Below, one piece after another: positions 57,966 through 64,000 of a stretch of DNA of 64,000 nt. This DNA comes from an uncultured Chitinophagales bacterium (GTDB lineage Bacteria > Bacteroidota > Bacteroidia > Chitinophagales > S012-47). How positions within the stretch are numbered: position 1 is the stretch's first letter; every line of letters begins with the position of its first letter. The stretch lies in the NCBI GenBank assembly GCA_964471795.1, contig CAYYHM010000001.1, positions 20,780 to 84,779 on the forward strand, in the 5' to 3' direction. The translations under genes and the position numbers were made by a program. The notes beneath the pieces are model-generated. The model was given only the letters and a program-made list of their open reading frames with translations, was not told the DNA's origin and ran no database searches.

Positions 57966-58655
57966 ATGGGCTGGACATCTACATTCTTCCAATCATCCAT
58001 CGGCAGGAAGTTCCTGATGGCGATATCGGGATTATTCCTGGTATTGTTCCTGGTTGAACACCTGACCGGGAATTTGTTGCTTCTGTTACCGGATAATGGT
58101 GAGGTATACAACCAATATGCCCACTTTCTGGCAACCTTCCCCTTGCTTCGGCCATTGGAAATCGTGTTGTTCCTGGGGTTCTTTGCGCACATCATCTACG
58201 GTATCATATTAGGGAGGGCCAATGCTGCTGCACGGCCGGTACGGTATGCGGTGAGCAATGCTGCTGCCAATAGTTCCTGGATCAGCAGGAATATGGTGCC
58301 AATTGGCTTGGTTATCCTGTTGTTCCTGGGTATACACATCGCCGGCTTTTTTGTGAAGGCAAGGATACTGGATGATGTGCCATATGTGACCATCAATGGC
58401 ACTGAGATGCACAACATGTACGAGGTGGTAAAAGCCAAGTTCGAAGTATGGTGGTATGTGGCGATTTATCTGGTAGGCTTTTTGGCGCTTGGTCTGCACT
58501 TGTGGCATGGCTTCCAGAGTAGCTTCCGCACGATGGGGCTGCGTCACCCGAAGTATATGCCTCTGGTGAAAGGAATCGGTATTTTCATTGCGGTGGTGAT
58601 ACCGATTGGCTTCGCTGTTATTCCGCTTTTTTTCCTGATTAAATCATCTATGTGA
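57966..58655 (+). CDS. sdhC: succinate dehydrogenase / fumarate reductase cytochrome b subunit (b558 type)
   Basis: [36 protein letters not shown] and five TM segments. The track's TTG at 57957 was rejected in favour of the ATG. Confidence 0.9.
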   Translation: MGWTSTFFQSSIGRKFLMAISGLFLVLFLVEHLTGNLLLLLPDNGEVYNQYAHFLATFPLLRPLEIVLFLGFFAHIIYGIILGRANAAARPVRYAVSNAAANSSWISRNMVPIGLVILLFLGIHIAGFFVKARILDDVPYVTINGTEMHNMYEVVKAKFEVWWYVAIYLVGFLALGLHLWHGFQSSFRTMGLRHPKYMPLVKGIGIFIAVVIPIGFAVIPLFFLIKSSM

Positions 58656-58656
58656 T

Positions 58657-60579
58657 ATGGCACAACTGGATGCTAAAATACCACAAGGCCCATTGGCTGA
58701 AAAGTGGACCAAATATCGCTCGACAGTACCATTGGTGAGTCCTGCCAACAAGCGTAAGCTGGACATTATCGTGGTAGGAACAGGGCTTGCCGGCGCAGCA
58801 GCTGCTGCCACGCTTGGTGAGTTGGGGTACAATGTAAAGGTCTTCTGTTTTCAGGATAGTCCCCGACGGGCGCATTCCATTGCGGCACAGGGTGGCATCA
58901 ATGCCGCCAAGAACTATCAGAACGACGGAGACAGCGTGTATCGCTTGTTCTATGATACCATCAAGGGTGGTGACTACCGTAGCCGTGAGGCCAACGTGTA
59001 CCGACTGGCTGAGGTAAGTGCCAACATTATTGATCAGGCTGTTGCACAGGGTGTACCGTTTGCGCGCGATTATGGTGGGCTTCTCGACAACCGATCTTTC
59101 GGTGGTGTGCAGGTAAGCCGTACTTTCTATGCGCGCGGCCAAACCGGCCAGCAGCTGCTCCTCGGTGCCTACAGCGCCTTGGAGAAGGAAGTGGCCAAAG
59201 GGTCTGTAAAACAATATGCCCGCCACGAGATGCTGGATGTGGTACTGATAGACGGGAAAGCACGTGGTATCATAGCCCGTAACCTCGTTACCGGTAAGAT
59301 TGAGCGATTTGCAGCCCATGCAGTAGTGCTGGCAACAGGAGGATATGGAAACGTGTTCTATTTGTCAACCAACGCTATGGGCTCCAATGTTACAGCAGCC
59401 TGGAAGGCTTACAAAAAAGGCGCTTTCTTCGGAAACCCTAGTTTTACACAGATACATCCTACCTGTATACCGCAAAGCGGCGACTATCAGAGCAAGCTGA
59501 CCCTGATGAGCGAATCGCTCCGCAATGATGGCCGTGTGTGGGTGCCCAAAAAAGCCGAAGACTGTAAGAAAGATCCGTTGGATATTCCCGAACAGGATCG
59601 TGACTATTACCTGGAGCGTATCTATCCGAGCTTCGGCAACCTGGTGCCACGTGATGTGGCCAGCCGCGCTGCCAAGAACGTATGCGACGAGGGTCGTGGG
59701 GTTGGAGCTACAGGAAGAGCCGTATACCTGGATTTTGCAGACGCTATCAAGCGGATGGGTAAGGATGTGGTTAGTGCCAAGTATGGCAACCTGTTCGATA
59801 TGTATGAGCTGATTACCGGCACCAATCCATACCAAAAGCCGATGATGATATATCCGGCAGTTCATTATACCATGGGTGGTTTGTGGGTAGATTATGAGTT
59901 GATGACTACTATCCCGGGATTGTATGCTACCGGCGAGTGTAACTTCAGCGACCATGGTGCCAACAGATTGGGCGCTTCAGCCCTGATGCAAGGATTGGCA
60001 GACGGGTACTTCGTGCTTCCAATGACCATCGGTAACTACTTGAGCAAGGAAATCAGGACAGCTCTGCCAGATACCAAGGCGCCGGAGTTTGTGGAAGCAG
60101 AAAACAATGTCAAGGGTATCATCAACAACCTTATCGGCATCAACGGAACCAAGTCTGTAGACCATTACCATCGTGAGCTGGGTAAGATCATGTGGGATTA
60201 CTGTGGCATGAGCAGAAGCGAAGAGGGGCTAACAAAGGCCCGTCGGATGGTGCAGGAGCTGAAGGCTGATTTCTGGCAGAACGTGAAGGTGACAGGTGCA
60301 GCCGATGAGCTGAATCCTGAACTCGAAAAGGCCATGCGTGTAGCAGATTTTCTCGAGCTAGGTGAGCTGATGATCGTTGATGCACTCACCAGAAATGAAA
60401 GCTGCGGGGGGCACTTCCGGGAGGAAAGCCAGACGCCGGAAGGGGAGGCCAAACGCGACGACGAACACTTTCAGTTCGTGTCGGCATGGTCATATGCCGG
60501 AGAAAATGCCGACCCACAACTGCACAAGGAAGACCTGGTGTTTGAAGTAGTGCAGCCAACCACTCGTAGTTACAAATAA
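58657..60579 (+). CDS. sdhA: succinate dehydrogenase / fumarate reductase flavoprotein subunit
   Basis: The FAD fold [16 protein letters not shown], a [14 protein letters not shown] motif and 640 aa. Confidence 0.97.
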   Translation: MAQLDAKIPQGPLAEKWTKYRSTVPLVSPANKRKLDIIVVGTGLAGAAAAATLGELGYNVKVFCFQDSPRRAHSIAAQGGINAAKNYQNDGDSVYRLFYDTIKGGDYRSREANVYRLAEVSANIIDQAVAQGVPFARDYGGLLDNRSFGGVQVSRTFYARGQTGQQLLLGAYSALEKEVAKGSVKQYARHEMLDVVLIDGKARGIIARNLVTGKIERFAAHAVVLATGGYGNVFYLSTNAMGSNVTAAWKAYKKGAFFGNPSFTQIHPTCIPQSGDYQSKLTLMSESLRNDGRVWVPKKAEDCKKDPLDIPEQDRDYYLERIYPSFGNLVPRDVASRAAKNVCDEGRGVGATGRAVYLDFADAIKRMGKDVVSAKYGNLFDMYELITGTNPYQKPMMIYPAVHYTMGGLWVDYELMTTIPGLYATGECNFSDHGANRLGASALMQGLADGYFVLPMTIGNYLSKEIRTALPDTKAPEFVEAENNVKGIINNLIGINGTKSVDHYHRELGKIMWDYCGMSRSEEGLTKARRMVQELKADFWQNVKVTGAADELNPELEKAMRVADFLELGELMIVDALTRNESCGGHFREESQTPEGEAKRDDEHFQFVSAWSYAGENADPQLHKEDLVFEVVQPTTRSYK

Positions 60580-60605
60580 ACCGACCACGCTAAAACTGAT
60601 ACGAT

Positions 60606-61361
60606 ATGCGTTTGACACTGAAAGTCTGGAGACAACGAAATGCCGGAGACAAGGGACGCTTCGAGACCTATAAGTTGGATGGAGTGAACACCCACATGTC
60701 CTTTCTGGAGATGTTCGATGTGTTGAATCAGCAATTGATCGAAGAGGGAAAAGACCCTGTAGCTTTCGACCACGATTGCCGCGAAGGTATCTGTGGATCC
60801 TGTAGTATGTACATTAACGGTAGGCCACATGGTCCGTTGCAGGAAGTTACTACCTGTCAGTTGCACATGCGCTTTTTCAATGATGGCGACACAATTGTAG
60901 TAGAACCTTGGCGTGCTAAGGCATTTCCGGTGATCAAGGATTTGGTGGTAGACAGAAGTGCTTTTGACCGTATCATGCAGGCTGGTGGTTATGTGTCGGT
61001 AAACACAGGTAATGCACAGGATGCCAACGCCATACCTATTGAAAAGAAAGATGCTGATGAGGCTTTCGAGGCAGCAGCTTGTATCGGTTGTGGTGCTTGT
61101 GTAGCGGCCTGCAAGAATGCCAGCGCCATGCTGTTCGTGAGCGCCAAAGTATCGCATCTGGCCAAACTGCCACAGGGAGATCCGGAGCGGGAAAGAAGGG
61201 TGCAGAAAATGGTAGCACAGATGGATGAAGAAGGCTTCGGCAACTGCACCAATACAGGTGCCTGCGAAGCAGAATGTCCGAAGGGAATTAAGATGACCAA
61301 CATCGCCCGTATGAACGCAGAATTCATCCGGTCGAGCTTGGGCTCAGAGACAACCGTATAG
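60606..61361 (+). CDS. sdhB: succinate dehydrogenase / fumarate reductase iron-sulfur subunit
   Basis: Cys clusters [22 protein letters not shown] and [12 protein letters not shown]. Confidence 0.97.
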   Translation: MRLTLKVWRQRNAGDKGRFETYKLDGVNTHMSFLEMFDVLNQQLIEEGKDPVAFDHDCREGICGSCSMYINGRPHGPLQEVTTCQLHMRFFNDGDTIVVEPWRAKAFPVIKDLVVDRSAFDRIMQAGGYVSVNTGNAQDANAIPIEKKDADEAFEAAACIGCGACVAACKNASAMLFVSAKVSHLAKLPQGDPERERRVQKMVAQMDEEGFGNCTNTGACEAECPKGIKMTNIARMNAEFIRSSLGSETTV

Positions 61362-61477
61362 TCTATTTACCCTTGTATAGGCAGCAGGGACGGGATTTTA
61401 CCCTAACCCGGTAAACGATTATCCGCATCGGGACGTTACTTATTTCGTAATTTAGAACGAATTATCATCCCGCCTGC

Positions 61478-64000
61478 ATGAAACACTGGCTACTCCTTTT
61501 GACCCTATCCTGTATGAGCGTGCTGGCTATGGCCACCCACAATCGTGCCGGGGAAATCATCTACAGGCATCTGGGAGGTCCTTCCCCTACCTATGAGATC
61601 ACCATCATCACCTACACCGAGTCAGCCTCACTGGCCGACAGAGACTCTCTAACGCTGGAGGTTTATTACCTGGGTCAGACCAATGCCATTTCAACCATCG
61701 AGGTAGGTAGGGATCAGATTACAGTGTTCGGTTCTAACCTGGGCATACAGGAAAACAGGTACATCGTTGAATCCTACACGTTCCCCGGTCCGGGGCAGTA
61801 CAAGATTGCCATGACCGATCCCAACAGGATTGACGGAATCATCAACATTGCACAAAGCGTAAATGAGGCTTTTTACATCGAAGACACCCTCTTTATCCGT
61901 GATCCCCAGTTTTATGCATTCAATAACTCGCCGGTGTTGCTGGAAAGCCCAATTGTGTTTACCCCCAGGTTCGCACAGTTCAGGTATAACCCGGCCGCCT
62001 ATGACCCGGATGGTGATAGCTTGGTGTTTGCGCTGGTAGATCCCAAGCAGAATCAGTTGAACAGTGTCAGTGGATACCGCTATCCGGATCATCCGGCTTT
62101 TGGTACGCCGGGCTTCCCCAACTCCTTTACCATCGACTCGGTTACCGGAGATATCCTCTGGGATGTGCCTACTGTGCTGGGTATCTACAACATAGCCATT
62201 CTGGTTCGTGAGTTCAGAGACGGCATCTTCTTGGGTTCTCTGGTACGCGACATGCAGATTATCGTGGTGAACAATCAATTCAACCCACCGGTGGTACAAG
62301 TACCCGAAGACACCTGCATCCTTGTAGGTGATCGCTTGACTGCACTGATCAGGGGGTCGGATCCCGATAATTTCCAAACCTTGACACTGACTGCGAATGG
62401 AGGACCATTTTTTGTAGACAACAGTCCGGCTACTTTTGTCAGCAATCCCGCTAAGGGAAATGTTACCGGCTTCTTTGACTGGCGTACTAACTGCAGCCAT
62501 ATCTCACCGGTTCCCTACACGGTTGTTTTTAAGGTGCAGGATGATTTTGTGAATGCTGCCGGAGCCAGTCAGCCATATTCAGATATTCGGTCGTGGCGTA
62601 TTCGTGTAGTAGCGCCTCCGGTAAACAACCTTACCGCTACTGCCTTGCCTGATGGCATAGATTTAAACTGGGAGGAACCCTACAGTTGTGCTGATGTGGA
62701 TACGTTTTTAGGGTTCAGTATCTGGCGAAAACGTGGTTGTGACAGTACGTTGCTTGATCCCTGCTTTACCGGGAGCCTTACTGCATATGGGTATCAACGT
62801 ATAGCGGGTCCGCTAAAGAGCTATAGTTATCTGGATACTACTATCAACAAAGGGGTGGTGTATGCCTACAGGATAGTTCCTGAATTCGCCAAGCCCATTC
62901 CGGGTAGTAGTCAGTTCACTTTCAACGCAGTATCCGGATTGCCATCCGATCAAGTATGTGCTGTAGTGAATGCAGATGTACCGTTATTTACACAAGTGGA
63001 CGTGGCGGCCACTGATGCCAACGCTGGAGTGATACTGCTGGCCTGGGTGGCGCCAAATGCAGACGTACTGGATACGCTACTTAATCCAGGGCCTTACAAG
63101 GTAGAATTGTATCGCCACACCGGTTTCCAAGCCATCCTCAATCCAATATTGCTGCAATCATACACCTACCCACAATTTGCGCAGTTTACACGTGAATCAT
63201 TTACAGATACGGGGTTGAATACTGTAGATGGTCCGTACAACTATGGCCTTACCTTCTATGGAACCCGAAACGGTCAATATTACGAGATCGGAAAAGCTAC
63301 CAATGCGTCATCCATTTACCTCAATACAGCTGCCGGGGGCAACCGGTTGGAGTTGCAATGGGAAGAGGATGTCCCCTGGATCAACTACCAGTATCAGGTA
63401 TTGAGGGAGCAAGCCGGTACACCGGGCACTTTCGATACCTTGGCAATGGTTACCACTAATAGGTTTATAGATACAGGGTTGGTAAACGGGGAAACATACT
63501 GTTATTACATCAGGGCTTTCGGGTCTTATTTCAATCCGTTTACACCGGATACACTCATCAACAGAAGTCAGATCAAATGCGATGTACCGCAGGATACCAT
63601 TCCACCCTGTGTGCCGGCGCTAACCGTAGAGAATGACTGCGCAGATATTCTCAGTGGCTCATTTCCGGAGGTGTTGACCAACAGTTTGATTTGGAGTAGC
63701 CCGGTAACGCGTTGTCAGGAGGATGCGCTGGTGGCCTATCGTATCTATTACAGTCCGTCTGCCAATGAACCATTGGCCATGTTGCGTGAGATCACGGACA
63801 TCTCCGATACCGTTTTCTTCCATACCGACCTGGTGAATCTGGCCGGTTGCTATGCCGTTACTGCCATTGATTCATTTGGGAATGAGTCAGACACCAGCAA
63901 CCGGGTTTGTGTAGATAACTGCCCGTATTATGTGCTTCCGAGTGCATTTAGTCCCAATAATGACGGCGACAATGATTTGTATACGCCCCGCTTTCCCTAC
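61478..64000 (+). CDS. large secreted adhesin-like protein; type B T9SS (gliding-motility CHU_C-type) sorting domain begins at the window end; 3' partial
   Basis: Absent from the ORF track because no stop is found. I translated the first 200 or so codons by hand: MKHWLLLLTLSCMSVLAMATHNRAGEIIYRHLGG...YNPAAYDPDGDSLVFALVDP. The last codons in the same frame (841 codons exactly) read SAFSPNNDGDNDLYTPRFPY, the start of the FSPNGDGxND-type C-terminal domain. Confidence 0.8.
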   Translation, partial: MKHWLLLLTLSCMSVLAMATHNRAGEIIYRHLGGPSPTYEITIITYTESASLADRDSLTLEVYYLGQTNAISTIEVGRDQITVFGSNLGIQENRYIVESYTFPGPGQYKIAMTDPNRIDGIINIAQSVNEAFYIEDTLFIRDPQFYAFNNSPVLLESPIVFTPRFAQFRYNPAAYDPDGDSLVFALVDPKQNQLNSVSGYRYPDHPAFGTPGFPNSFTIDSVTGDILWDVPTVLGIYNIAILVREFRDGIFLGSLVRDMQIIVVNNQFNPPVVQVPEDTCILVGDRLTALIRGSDPDNFQTLTLTANGGPFFVDNSPATFVSNPAKGNVTGFFDWRTNCSHISPVPYTVVFKVQDDFVNAAGASQPYSDIRSWRIRVVAPPVNNLTATALPDGIDLNWEEPYSCADVDTFLGFSIWRKRGCDSTLLDPCFTGSLTAYGYQRIAGPLKSYSYLDTTINKGVVYAYRIVPEFAKPIPGSSQFTFNAVSGLPSDQVCAVVNADVPLFTQVDVAATDANAGVILLAWVAPNADVLDTLLNPGPYKVELYRHTGFQAILNPILLQSYTYPQFAQFTRESFTDTGLNTVDGPYNYGLTFYGTRNGQYYEIGKATNASSIYLNTAAGGNRLELQWEEDVPWINYQYQVLREQAGTPGTFDTLAMVTTNRFIDTGLVNGETYCYYIRAFGSYFNPFTPDTLINRSQIKCDVPQDTIPPCVPALTVENDCADILSGSFPEVLTNSLIWSSPVTRCQEDALVAYRIYYSPSANEPLAMLREITDISDTVFFHTDLVNLAGCYAVTAIDSFGNESDTSNRVCVDNCPYYVLPSAFSPNNDGDNDLYTPRFPY

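Noticed and set aside
61691-62500. A 269-aa minus-strand ORF offered by the track
   Set aside because: It is antisense to the open plus-strand frame of at least 841 codons, which carries a signal peptide and adhesin/T9SS motifs.
1-64000. Search for CRISPR arrays, tandem or interspersed repeats, IS or transposon ends and prophage or defence modules
   Set aside because: Visual scanning of all intergenic regions found only short hairpins and the TGATTT spacing noted above. I saw no repeat-spacer periodicity, no transposase or integrase beyond the Xer-like gene and no terminal inverted repeats. A computational repeat search (self dot-plot, CRISPR and IS finders) would be needed to exclude these fully.

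Overview
This window is a 64 kb stretch of a Bacteroidota chromosome. That assignment is inferred from type IX secretion (T9SS) C-terminal sorting domains, DUF4199/DUF3467/DUF4476 genes, TAnnTTTG -7 promoter boxes and the near absence of Shine-Dalgarno (SD) sequences. Most of it is core housekeeping. It holds a thiolase (cut by the window start), a 7TM-HD protein, dnaG, dcd, engB and rpsU-recombinase-hpf. It also holds the classic block tRNA(Thr-Tyr-Gly-Thr)-tuf-tRNA(Trp)-secE-nusG-rplK-rplA-rplJ-rplL-rpoB-rpoC-DUF3467, then purK-purE, tRNA-Pro, pepT, gmhA/gmhB and sdhCAB. More accessory content includes a tightly coupled tetR-ABC-hlyD-tolC export operon, three large T9SS cargo genes (the last runs off the window end) and small outer-membrane barrels. 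A TonB-dependent receptor, two glycosyltransferases, a WD40 propeller and an orphan phosphopantetheinyl transferase complete that set. I saw no CRISPR array, IS element or transposon, prophage, rRNA or recognisable defence island. I do not see a convincing new multi-gene system. The best candidate for something undescribed is the half-ABC exporter in the tetR operon: its ATPase domain keeps Walker A but has diverged at the Q-loop, signature, Walker B/catalytic Glu, D-loop and switch His. Secondary observations are listed here:
- four genes whose -7 promoter box sits 4-6 nt from the ATG, implying leaderless mRNAs
- four isolated strong SD motifs (rpsU, rplJ, rpoC and a DUF4476 gene)
- DUF3467 apparently co-transcribed with rpoBC
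- an alanine/cation symporter with a roughly 100-aa insertion
- a dihydroorotase-like protein with a broken HxH metal motif
All coordinates and motifs were read by eye from the sequence and the ORF track. No database search was run.
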